A stretch of DNA of 37,634 bases. It comes from Acidobacteriota bacterium. Lineage in GTDB: Bacteria > Acidobacteriota > UBA6911 > JACQSX01. The number at the start of each line of letters is the position of its first letter. The stretch's first letter is position 1. The position numbers were made by a program, and so were the translations under genes. The notes beneath the pieces were generated by a model. It had not been told where the DNA came from. It was given only the letters and a program-made list of their open reading frames with translations, and ran no database searches. Location: contig JACQGG010000020.1 of assembly GCA_016199665.1 (NCBI GenBank), positions 1 through 37,634 of the forward strand, in the 5' to 3' direction. Shown piece by piece: positions 1 to 9,036 of the stretch.

Positions 1-1599
1 AGCCTGCCCCACCGCCTGATTGTTGGCGGCAGTAATGCCCATATAGTGGTCGTTTTCAATAACGCGAACCTGCGGGTAGTATTCCCTGACAAATTGCACG
101 CTTCCGTCCGATGAAACATTGTCGGAGAAGATGATCTCAAAATCCTGAAAGGCGCCGTGGTAGAGTGAATCAAAGCAGTTGGCCAGATATTCTTTGCCGT
201 CCCAATTCAGAATGATCACACTGACAAGGGGGGCCGCCATAGCCGCCGCCGCTCTGTGCGGCGCCGCATCCTCCGGCCGGACTTTCCCCAAGGCGGTAGT
301 ACCCAGCTCTTCAGCGCCGCCCGACAGCCGTTGCCATTGGGAGTGTCGCAACTGCTCATAGCACACGGCCAGGACCGCCGCTATCAAAAAGACAAACGCG
401 AAGCTGGCTACAATTTCAGCCACCATTACCAGATTGGCCAGCAGGAACAAAGCGCAGACCAGATTGAACGATCCCCAGACGAACAGGCAGAAGGTTGGGA
501 AATCTCTGGTGAGAACACGCACTGCCTGGGGCGCAAAAGTGACCTTGCTGTAAAGAAAATGCTTGGTCAACAGACCGGACTTGGCCGCATAACTGCGCAC
601 CCAGTTCCAGGCTCCAGCCTGCTGCTTAACGCCCAGGACTGTCTCATAGTAAAAATCGGCCAGATCGTTCATCCTATGGAGCATGTCCCTGGTGGCCGCA
701 GCTTGCGCCTGAAGCATGGATGCTTCCTGTTCCAGGTTTTCAACAACAAACTCTTCTCCCAGCTTCTTTTTCAGTTGCAGCAGTTCCAAATCGCTGTCCA
801 ATTTGCGCAGGGACGTCTGGACCTTCAGTTTGTCTATCGCCAGCGCCTGCATTTCTTTGATAAACAACGTCTTCAAAGCGACAACTTGATCCGCTATTTC
901 GCTTCCCTCTTTCTCAATAGACCTTCTCAGCGCGCGCAGTGGATCGATTTCCCGGGGTGTCGCCTCCACAATCTCTCGGTCTACCTTCGAAAGTTTTGAT
1001 TGCATCGCAGCGTTGGCGGTGCCCAGCTCAACAATGCGGCCGGCCAAAGCCTGCAGGCGGGTGACTGCCTCCTCCATCTCTTCCAGCAGAGAAACTTTCA
1101 CCTTAGGCTGAGGAGGCGCTAGGGCCGGCGCTTTTTTCTCCGCGACCTGGCGGATCCGCGGCAACAGCCTCAACGCCAGCCATAGAGGCAGGCGATACAG
1201 CGGGACAACGGCCAGCAACAGCAGGGCCAAGACGGTGAAGATGGATCTGGGAAATTCTTCGGGTCCGCCCCGGGTCAAAGTCATGAACTGCACCATGAAC
1301 GTCATCTGCAGCAGAACCCCGGCAAGCAGCCCCAGGATCAGCACGCCGATGCGGCGCAACTGTAGCTGATAAAGTCCGAAGATCTGAAAAGCCAGCAGAA
1401 GACTGACTACGATCAGCCACTCGTCATGGTCGACGTCGCCGTAAAGCTTTGCCAGGGGAGTGGCAAAGAAAAACCAGCCGGGTTCTCGCAGCGTCCAGGC
1501 ATAGCTATACAATCTACGAACCACGAAGGCATCAACAGCCACCAGTAGCGGCGTCTGTACCCAGAGAGCCGTCTTTACCAGAGAATCTGAGAATTTCAT
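1..1599 (-). CDS. Membrane/coiled-coil protein fused to a C-terminal GT2 glycosyltransferase domain (3'-truncated by window edge; absent from ORF track)
   Basis: My translation of the minus frame from ATG 1599 (ATGA overlap with the upstream stop at 1596-1598) is open to position 1 (533 codons). It starts MKFSDSLVKTALWVQTPLLVAVD, has hydrophobic segments and a charged helical stretch, and from 240 reads MAAPLVSVIILNWDGKEYLANCFDSL...FEIIFSDNVSSDGS...NNQAV, a typical GT2 N-terminus. Confidence 0.88.
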   Translation of the reverse strand, partial: MKFSDSLVKTALWVQTPLLVAVDAFVVRRLYSYAWTLREPGWFFFATPLAKLYGDVDHDEWLIVVSLLLAFQIFGLYQLQLRRIGVLILGLLAGVLLQMTFMVQFMTLTRGGPEEFPRSIFTVLALLLLAVVPLYRLPLWLALRLLPRIRQVAEKKAPALAPPQPKVKVSLLEEMEEAVTRLQALAGRIVELGTANAAMQSKLSKVDREIVEATPREIDPLRALRRSIEKEGSEIADQVVALKTLFIKEMQALAIDKLKVQTSLRKLDSDLELLQLKKKLGEEFVVENLEQEASMLQAQAAATRDMLHRMNDLADFYYETVLGVKQQAGAWNWVRSYAAKSGLLTKHFLYSKVTFAPQAVRVLTRDFPTFCLFVWGSFNLVCALFLLANLVMVAEIVASFAFVFLIAAVLAVCYEQLRHSQWQRLSGGAEELGTTALGKVRPEDAAPHRAAAAMAAPLVSVIILNWDGKEYLANCFDSLYHGAFQDFEIIFSDNVSSDGSVQFVREYYPQVRVIENDHYMGITAANNQAVGQA

Positions 1600-4500
1600 C
1601 CTCTAATCCCGCGCCAAAAATGGTCTCGGCCGATCCGCCACAGCGTCGCGCAGAGAGTCACGAGACTAACCAAAACGCCCACCTCAAGGAGCACTTGAGG
1701 GCCATACTCCGCGACAATCCGATATTGGCCCGGGCGCCGGATATACCAGCCATTGTCATGAAGATTTGCCCTGAAATGTTCCTTGAGAAGGGTCCGGTGG
1801 TTCCGCTCAAAAAACCAGCTCAGGAGCGCCGAAAACTCAAACCAGTGCGAGCGGGAAGCGCGCCGCTCGTCCAGGATATAGGCCTTCCATCCAGGGTGGA
1901 ACTCCTGCCAGAGAAGCAGCCAAAAAGGCCCCTCGCTCCTTACGTCAAAGGTGTAGCGCGTCAGACGAGAGGAGCGATGAACCTCGGCGAAACTGCGGTT
2001 TATGACGGGTCTGGTAATACCCTTGCGCATCTCCACAAGCGCCACTTCAAACGTGGCATCCAACTTTACGTTGAGACCTCCGGGGATGTAGCCTGCAGAC
2101 TCCGCATGGAGGGACGTGGGTTTGGACCACAGGAATTCACTATTCAAACCATTTGCATAGTCCTGCGACTCGGGCTGGAACTGAAACAGTTCTTTGCCCA
2201 GAGTGAAAAGGGGTCGGTCGATTGCATGAGATAACAGACGGGGCCAGTTCTCAAATCTGCCGGAGAAGGGCACTTTGGAGTAAAGCCCCACTTCCTCTAT
2301 CTCAAAAGAATATTCCTGTGGACCTCGAGTCGGCTGGAAAGCCCGGGATCGAGCCAATCGCAGACGTAAGGTCACAGGTCTGGCCTGTGGGCTCCTGGGA
2401 TAGAACTCAGCCCGGAGGTCTGGCCAGTTCAGCTCCAACGTGTTCCCTCTTCCCCCAAAAATATTCGAGTGGGGGAGAGGCAGATACTCCACCGAGTAAA
2501 CCTCCTGGGGAGCAGTTCCTGAAGGCACGGTTATCTGCAGCAGGCGCCGGGGCACATCCTCCTTCGGAGGCTGATCCGCAGGCTGAAGCGGGAAACCCCT
2601 CCAGCCAATCACCTTCACGGCCTCCTCATCGGGGGGCCAGCCGTTCCAGGTTGTGGCCAGAGGCACGCCGTTTTTTTTGACGACAAAGTAGTCCATACCC
2701 CACGAAGTCTCCGCCTGATTGCTTGTGTCGTACACATTCGGGAAGTCCTGCGGAAGCCGGGTTTGGAACACCTGGTACGGCCCCACGGTGTCCGCATACT
2801 TCCATTCCTTCAGCGCCTCGCGCTTGCCGGGAAACAGAGTTTCGTCTCCCTTGCCATCGCCGTCTACATCAATCACCAGTTCCGGCATCAGCGTTTGAGC
2901 CGCACGGTCATCGAGCCGGTAGGTCACCATCAGAGAGGAGGCCTGTGCGAAGTTCGCCCCCCTCAGGTCGACGGACGCAACCAACGCGTCTGGAGCAAAC
3001 TCCGTCTGGCTCTCAGGTTCGAGATCCACTCGAAGTGAGATTCCGTCCCTTCGTAACGCAACAGTCGCTCCATCGAGCTCTTTAACTCTCGCTACGGTTA
3101 TCGTCTGCTCGTCTTCTTTGACTGCAGTCCCCGTAACTTGGGTGATGCGGGAATGCACCTTAGGCTCCTTCAACGTCTCCTGAAGCTCCGTTGGGACTTC
3201 ACTTTCCGCAGTTGTTTCCAACTGCGCGGCGGTTTCCGATACTTTCGGGTAATCCACCTGAACCCTGCTCAGCTCGGCCTTGAGAATGAACGTAGCCGTG
3301 GACCCAAGCCGCGATGTCGCTATCACTCTATCAGTCCGGTTCTCATAGGTGCCGGATACAACCCAGGTGTTTTCGTCAGTCACAAGACTTCGATGGCGAA
3401 GAGCCGATCCATCGGGTCGTTGTACCGGCTGCAAGGTCCAGCTCTCCCAGCGGGACAAGGACACTTTGTCTTCCCTGACCAGTAATGACAGGTCGTTGTA
3501 GATAGACAATTCCCGGATCTCGAAAGTGAAAGGCGCCTCCTTGCTGAGAGCGGCCGTTCCTTTACCCGGCTTTTTCCTGGCAACCAGAAACAATCTCACC
3601 AGGCGAGGCTTGGCAAGCCGGTAGAATGCATCCGCAACCGGCGTATTCCGGACAACGTCGGGTTCAGGAATACCGGCCAGTTCCATGGTACTGAGCTTGG
3701 CGGTGACTTCCAGCTCATTTGGCCGATCTTTGACTCGGCTGGCGGTCGCTGGAATCCACTCGCTGACTTCCTCACTGCCATTATGACTGATCCCAAAAAC
3801 CACATCCATCGCCTGAACTGACGGGTCCGTAACAAACAATCGCAGCTTGAAATACGGGTAATCATCCAGGTCAATGCCGGGAGTCGGACGGCCTGTCGCT
3901 GCTCCGGGCGAAGCGAGATCCGACAGGTCCCTTTCGAGAATCTCATACTCCATTTCAGGGGAATCCTTATCGAAGAACATTCTCACCTGCATGCCATCCG
4001 CTGTCCCTGCTAACGCCGTCACCACGGTCGCCTCCGGTGGGATTCCAGTATCTGCCCGTTCTTTTTCCTTAAAATCCAGACCCTCCCAGATTTGAATACT
4101 GGCCGCCCGGTCATCTGCGTTGTCCAGAAGTTCGGTGAGTCTCTCCACTTTCTGCGGGGTGTAGAGCAATAATTCATTGGCCCCCGGTTTCAACGTGACA
4201 TCCTTCAACTCAATCAAATCGCCGCCGACAGGAAATGGAGTCTGGTACCGCGCCCACGACTTTCCGAAAACCCAGGAGCTCACCAGTCGCTGGAAAGAAA
4301 AAGGGGCCTCAAGGTACCGGGAGCGCAGCCTGAAGTTGCGCGTCTGGTCTCTATTCAGGGACACCCGCAGATCGCGATCCCCGACACTGGATACGTAGAA
4401 ACTCAGATCCCCTTTAACAGAAAAACGGCGCGGGTTGACTAGCAGCATCCTCATGTTGTTGGATCCCCAGCGCCAGCGGTGGTGATGGTCTGTTTCCAAT

Positions 4501-7500
4501 TCGTAAATGTTCTCTCGATCGAGCACAAAGGGTTTGGCTGATCTCTCCGCTGAGCCCTCGCTCCGGGTGATAAGGGGATTGAACCAGCGCGTCGCTTCCA
4601 CTTCCCAGTTGCGTTCCCCGGAAAGTGCAAAAACCGGACTCGAGTGCAAGCGAGGTCTGATCAGCGCACGCATCTGATAATCCCCTGGGGCGGGAACCAA
4701 AACATCGTTTCGATTTTGCGTTATTCCATGCTCATACTTACCGCGAACATCCGTCGGAGCATATCCCGTGGATTGGTAGCGCTCGACGTCCCGGCGTTCC
4801 TGGGTTTGAATTAAATTTCGATAAGGCTCTTCATTTGTTGCCACAATCCGGTTCAAGAGAGAATTTACCTCTGCCTTGGGCGCAACTAAAACTGCGGAAA
4901 CATGGCGGTTCATGTTGCGAGAAAGGAAGAAAAGCCGGGCATTCGCCAGCGAGTCACGATCTGCCATGGACGCAGACCGAAATCCAACAATGACACTCCG
5001 CCGTTTCTCATAACCAATTTCGTAGAGAGTCTGGTCGCCCTTCCGAAGTTCTGCATCCGGGCCGATTTTCTCGCTGGTGCTCAAAGCAGACCAGTCCCCG
5101 TAAGTTGAGGCAATTTGCCGGTCACCCAGAAACAAAAGGGTTGTGGCATTCCCGCCACGGGTGTTGTAGTCCGGGAAGTCTTTGGGCAGGTTTGCCTCGA
5201 ACAGTTTTATCGATACATCCGGAATGTACCTGGGACGCCAGCTTTTCAGATTCGCCAATTGGAAAACCTTGATCTCGTGGCGCCCTCTGTCAAGATTGGC
5301 CTCGCCGTGAAACTGCCACACTCGGGAAAGCTGGACCAGTTGACCGGTGGGGCTGGTTTGGTCCGCAGGCGCCAGCAGTTGATCGTCAACGGTGAGCAGG
5401 ATTTCCGCAGGCCTCTGGTCTGGCACCCTTTGGGAAAGCACGTAGCGTGTTTGGGATTCGGATGCAGAGTTGAAGGCGAGACCGGAACCGTTGCCGGCAG
5501 CCAGGCGATACGGGGAGTCTATCAAGTTCAGAACAAAATCGGCCACGTCCTTGCCCAGAAGCAGCCTGCTCTGGGTGGCACTGAGCAGTGACTCAAGCCT
5601 TTCGAACGGAGCCGTGCCCTGGCTCTTGCCCTGACCGTTGGCAGATACAAAGATTTGCCGGGGATCCCATGCGTTCTTAAACATTGCGGGCAGTGAATCC
5701 AGCTTGGAAGTCTCGTCCTGAAAGTCGCGATACGGAACATTGGTTAGCACGGCGCTCTCTTTGGCGGCGCTCTCCAATGAACTGTCCGGGCGAAGCTCAT
5801 AGAAGGCAAAATAGGGAGTCTCCCGGATCAGCGTGAAGAAGCGGACATCGGCTAAAATCGCGCGTAAGGCCCAATAATCCCTCGGCGGATTCGGAGACAC
5901 GGGAGGAAATACTATGGAAGCATTTTGATAGTCCTTGTGCACCAGCAGGTAGCGAAAGCGCGAAGTCTTCAGGAGTTGATAAGCCATCTCGGGGTCGCCC
6001 CCAACTCCTGAGCTTAGAACCTGCGGTGTGATTCCCAGGCGTCGCCTTCCCGTCAGGGAGTAGCTGATCGGGCCTTTTGCGGGCTCTTCACTGTAACCCG
6101 TCACCAGACCCAGGCTTGGAATCGACCTCAACAGGCCAGGGATGTCGGGAAACGTAAAATACGGCCACCAGCCATAAACCGCAGGACCCATCTCCCACCA
6201 GGGTAGATTGAGGAGACGGTCTCCCTCCCTGTGATTCTTCAAAATGTAAGTGTGAACCCACTGATACGGTTCGGGAATCTTGACGGTCGGTGTGTGGAAC
6301 GGAGCCATATGCCTCTTCCACGGTCCATAGGTTGGGCGGACACTGATCAACTGAGGCCATCCGTTAACAAGAGTAATATGCGACACGATGAGAGCGACTA
6401 TCAGGACTCCCAAGTACGGCCGGAACCTGGTGTGGAGGTGTGAGTTCCAGAAATGCTGGAGTATGTTCTGGACAGTTGCTCCCGCAAGCACCGCGTAAAG
6501 AATGCCCATTATGAAAAGCCAATAGTTGGGTGACTGAATGATGTTAAATCCCGGAACGTAGGTAAACATCAGAACATATAATTTATCAAGTACCGGGTAA
6601 TGGGACGCCGCCGCCAGAACGGTCAGCAGGAGGGAAACCAGAGCAAAGGGCAAAGTTCTCCGTCGGGGCTTCCAGAGCAGACAGGCATAAACATACAGCG
6701 GACACAACAAACTTAGAGGCGCCCACGGAACCTGCATCATTATGCCTGATGCGATGTTGTCCGGATTGCCCGTGATCAGCCGCGAAATCCAGAGTACCCC
6801 GGCCCAAGGCTTGTTGAATTCATACCATTGGATCCTTTGAGTGAAAACACCCTCCGTTACGAACAAATCACCGATTGCGTTGCCCGTGTAGAACCAAACG
6901 ATCGGTAAGATCCAAAAAAAGTTCAACAGGATCATCATGGTGGCAGCGACAGACAAGAACTTGAGCGTCAACCAACCGCGGAGTTCGGGTTCGAATAATA
7001 GTCGAATCAGGATGTAAGCGCCGACGGCAACTCCGGTTATGATGGTGAAGCGAGGGCTCGGTGCGCTCATGAGAAACCCTAACGCGACGAGCAGAGCAGG
7101 CTTTAACGCACCTTTGCCGGGGTTTTCCAAACCCCGAATCACCCCGGCCAGAATCAGCGCATCTCCCCCCAGAGCAAGCGAGAAAAGCGATGTGCCCGGA
7201 AATTCGGGCTGCAACATCGCAAACATGGCAGCCACCAGGCTGGAAATTTGCGAAAACCGGCCTCGAAAAACAGTATGTCCCAAATACAAAACTCCCCAGC
7301 CCAAAGCGGCGGTGGGAACCACCAAGTACAGCCTGTTTAAGACCCACAAGGGTACCTTGAGCCAGTAAAGGACACAGACCATCAAGTGCCAGGGCCCAAA
7401 AGACAGCCAAACGTTGGCCTGGCCCCACAAATTATAGGGGGACCAGGTCGACAGGGCTTCTTCAAGGCTCTTGGCCGGGTCCATGGGGGCAACCAAGTCT

Positions 7501-7622
7501 CCCCAGTTGATATAGGTTCCGGGCGTGAAAAAGCCCGGGCAGTGCCACAGCGCCATGGCCAACAGCACAATCACCAGGGCGGGGCCAAAGCGGCCGATCG
7601 AAGGAACGAGGTTTTTACTCAT
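1596..7622 (-). CDS. 2008-aa GT-C-like integral membrane protein (AftD/YfhO-like) with very large extracytoplasmic region
   Basis: About 430 N-terminal residues of stacked hydrophobic helices with an acidic first loop (YINWGDL). Then a RLLNLP...RYLLVHKD segment, a long beta-rich soluble region, and a YfhO-like C-terminus (FWLLLWQEFHPGWKAY...ANLHDNGWYI...EYGPQ..LEVG..VSL plus TM helix). Confidence 0.75.
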   Translation of the reverse strand: MSKNLVPSIGRFGPALVIVLLAMALWHCPGFFTPGTYINWGDLVAPMDPAKSLEEALSTWSPYNLWGQANVWLSFGPWHLMVCVLYWLKVPLWVLNRLYLVVPTAALGWGVLYLGHTVFRGRFSQISSLVAAMFAMLQPEFPGTSLFSLALGGDALILAGVIRGLENPGKGALKPALLVALGFLMSAPSPRFTIITGVAVGAYILIRLLFEPELRGWLTLKFLSVAATMMILLNFFWILPIVWFYTGNAIGDLFVTEGVFTQRIQWYEFNKPWAGVLWISRLITGNPDNIASGIMMQVPWAPLSLLCPLYVYACLLWKPRRRTLPFALVSLLLTVLAAASHYPVLDKLYVLMFTYVPGFNIIQSPNYWLFIMGILYAVLAGATVQNILQHFWNSHLHTRFRPYLGVLIVALIVSHITLVNGWPQLISVRPTYGPWKRHMAPFHTPTVKIPEPYQWVHTYILKNHREGDRLLNLPWWEMGPAVYGWWPYFTFPDIPGLLRSIPSLGLVTGYSEEPAKGPISYSLTGRRRLGITPQVLSSGVGGDPEMAYQLLKTSRFRYLLVHKDYQNASIVFPPVSPNPPRDYWALRAILADVRFFTLIRETPYFAFYELRPDSSLESAAKESAVLTNVPYRDFQDETSKLDSLPAMFKNAWDPRQIFVSANGQGKSQGTAPFERLESLLSATQSRLLLGKDVADFVLNLIDSPYRLAAGNGSGLAFNSASESQTRYVLSQRVPDQRPAEILLTVDDQLLAPADQTSPTGQLVQLSRVWQFHGEANLDRGRHEIKVFQLANLKSWRPRYIPDVSIKLFEANLPKDFPDYNTRGGNATTLLFLGDRQIASTYGDWSALSTSEKIGPDAELRKGDQTLYEIGYEKRRSVIVGFRSASMADRDSLANARLFFLSRNMNRHVSAVLVAPKAEVNSLLNRIVATNEEPYRNLIQTQERRDVERYQSTGYAPTDVRGKYEHGITQNRNDVLVPAPGDYQMRALIRPRLHSSPVFALSGERNWEVEATRWFNPLITRSEGSAERSAKPFVLDRENIYELETDHHHRWRWGSNNMRMLLVNPRRFSVKGDLSFYVSSVGDRDLRVSLNRDQTRNFRLRSRYLEAPFSFQRLVSSWVFGKSWARYQTPFPVGGDLIELKDVTLKPGANELLLYTPQKVERLTELLDNADDRAASIQIWEGLDFKEKERADTGIPPEATVVTALAGTADGMQVRMFFDKDSPEMEYEILERDLSDLASPGAATGRPTPGIDLDDYPYFKLRLFVTDPSVQAMDVVFGISHNGSEEVSEWIPATASRVKDRPNELEVTAKLSTMELAGIPEPDVVRNTPVADAFYRLAKPRLVRLFLVARKKPGKGTAALSKEAPFTFEIRELSIYNDLSLLVREDKVSLSRWESWTLQPVQRPDGSALRHRSLVTDENTWVVSGTYENRTDRVIATSRLGSTATFILKAELSRVQVDYPKVSETAAQLETTAESEVPTELQETLKEPKVHSRITQVTGTAVKEDEQTITVARVKELDGATVALRRDGISLRVDLEPESQTEFAPDALVASVDLRGANFAQASSLMVTYRLDDRAAQTLMPELVIDVDGDGKGDETLFPGKREALKEWKYADTVGPYQVFQTRLPQDFPNVYDTSNQAETSWGMDYFVVKKNGVPLATTWNGWPPDEEAVKVIGWRGFPLQPADQPPKEDVPRRLLQITVPSGTAPQEVYSVEYLPLPHSNIFGGRGNTLELNWPDLRAEFYPRSPQARPVTLRLRLARSRAFQPTRGPQEYSFEIEEVGLYSKVPFSGRFENWPRLLSHAIDRPLFTLGKELFQFQPESQDYANGLNSEFLWSKPTSLHAESAGYIPGGLNVKLDATFEVALVEMRKGITRPVINRSFAEVHRSSRLTRYTFDVRSEGPFWLLLWQEFHPGWKAYILDERRASRSHWFEFSALLSWFFERNHRTLLKEHFRANLHDNGWYIRRPGQYRIVAEYGPQVLLEVGVLVSLVTLCATLWRIGRDHFWRGIRG

Positions 7623-7678
7623 GATCTATCTGATGGTAACACTGAAAGCCCAGCCTGCCGGCTCTTAGCGGGAGTACC

Positions 7679-9034
7679 TCACTTGTCCATAGGGGGGGGA
7701 ACCTTACTGCAAAAAATTCTGGGAAGCGTCTGCAGAAACGCCCTGTCAAAAATAGCCTCAGAGGTGCATTCATAAGCCAACTCGCCCGCATTCTTTCTAA
7801 ACTCCCGGAGCACGTTCTCGTCACCGAGTAAATCAATCACCGCCTCGGCAAGATCCTCGGCCTGATATTCGATGGTATGCCCGGCTCGGTGCCGGCTTAT
7901 CGTCTGCGCAAACTGGGGAACCGATGTAATAACCACGGGGAGTCCGCACACCAGGTACAGTTTCGGCTTGCCAGGATCACAGTGATAAGCGGGGTTGTCC
8001 GGAAGGTCCGAGTAAGGAGCAACGCCTATGGCGCACCGCGAGAGCGCCCGGCAAAGATCCTCCTGCCTCTTGATGAATCCTTCAAAAACAAAATGTCGGT
8101 CCATGCCCGCCTTGACCACCTCATTCTTGAACGGCCCCCAGTCTCCATAGCCGAACAGGCGCACTTTGACATCGGGAAGCTTCTCTGCAATCAGTGGCAG
8201 GGCTTCGACCAGCAGTGAGAGACCATGATAGAGGCCAGGCCCTCCCACATATCCAATAGTCCGCCGCTCAATGTCATTCATGGGAGATCGTTGAACCAGC
8301 CTGGAGCTGAACCCCAGCGGCACGAGGGTGGAAAGATAGCTCCCTTCCGGAACCCCACCGATCCTGGCGCGCCCCTTTTCGATCCCTTCGGAAATGCTCC
8401 AAGCGAAGTCGGACTTGCGCACCCCAAGCCGATCAAATGCAAAAATCAGCCGGCGAATGACGTTGTGAAAATACAGGCGATCCGACAGAGGAAAATAATC
8501 GATGCTGTAGTGAATCAGCTTACTTACCACCCCCATCTTCTTCAGACACATCCCAACCACAATGGGAAAGCAGCCGATGCCAATAAATAGGTCGAATTTA
8601 CGCCCCAGCCTGAACATTGTTCGAAGGATAGAAAACAGGCAAATCAGGTAAATGGGAAAGATCAGCGGAAGCCGGAACCAGGCATGGTTCTTGAGCCGCC
8701 CACTCCTAATCGTTCGAAAGTGCTTGGCGCCTCCTTTTTCGAAGACGGAAACACGGGCCGTGTCTTCGGTCGCATAGGTGTTGTTGGTGCCAATGACCGC
8801 GAGTGTTCTGACACGCTCCTGAAGGTATTCCTCCAGGACTTCGGTCCGCGCCGTCAGCAGTTCTCCCGCAATCAGGACATCCAAATCGGCCAAAGAGGGG
8901 TAATCCTGCACACCCTGGGAACGTGGGGATTCCACCGGCGTGGAGCTGGAGGCGAACGGGGGCGGATACACGTCCGCATCCCGCCCGGACCGTCCAGACA
9001 TTCTAGGCTCTAATTCTGCCCCAGACTTACCCAA
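7679..9034 (-). CDS. GT4 (GT-B) glycosyltransferase
   Basis: C-terminal GT4 features: TIGYVGG...HGLSLLVEAL, CAIGVAP, DPGKPKLYLVCGLPVV. Start uncertain (TTG 9034 or ATG 9001). Confidence 0.85.
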   Translation of the reverse strand: MGKSGAELEPRMSGRSGRDADVYPPPFASSSTPVESPRSQGVQDYPSLADLDVLIAGELLTARTEVLEEYLQERVRTLAVIGTNNTYATEDTARVSVFEKGGAKHFRTIRSGRLKNHAWFRLPLIFPIYLICLFSILRTMFRLGRKFDLFIGIGCFPIVVGMCLKKMGVVSKLIHYSIDYFPLSDRLYFHNVIRRLIFAFDRLGVRKSDFAWSISEGIEKGRARIGGVPEGSYLSTLVPLGFSSRLVQRSPMNDIERRTIGYVGGPGLYHGLSLLVEALPLIAEKLPDVKVRLFGYGDWGPFKNEVVKAGMDRHFVFEGFIKRQEDLCRALSRCAIGVAPYSDLPDNPAYHCDPGKPKLYLVCGLPVVITSVPQFAQTISRHRAGHTIEYQAEDLAEAVIDLLGDENVLREFRKNAGELAYECTSEAIFDRAFLQTLPRIFCSKVPPPMDK

Positions 9035-9036
9035 GA

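Noticed and set aside
256-999. 247-aa plus-strand ORF
   Set aside because: Codon-for-codon antisense shadow of the minus-strand gene 1599..1; no family motifs.
1103-1420. 105-aa minus-strand ORF
   Set aside because: Alternative frame inside the 1599..1 gene; low-complexity Ala/Arg/Pro content.
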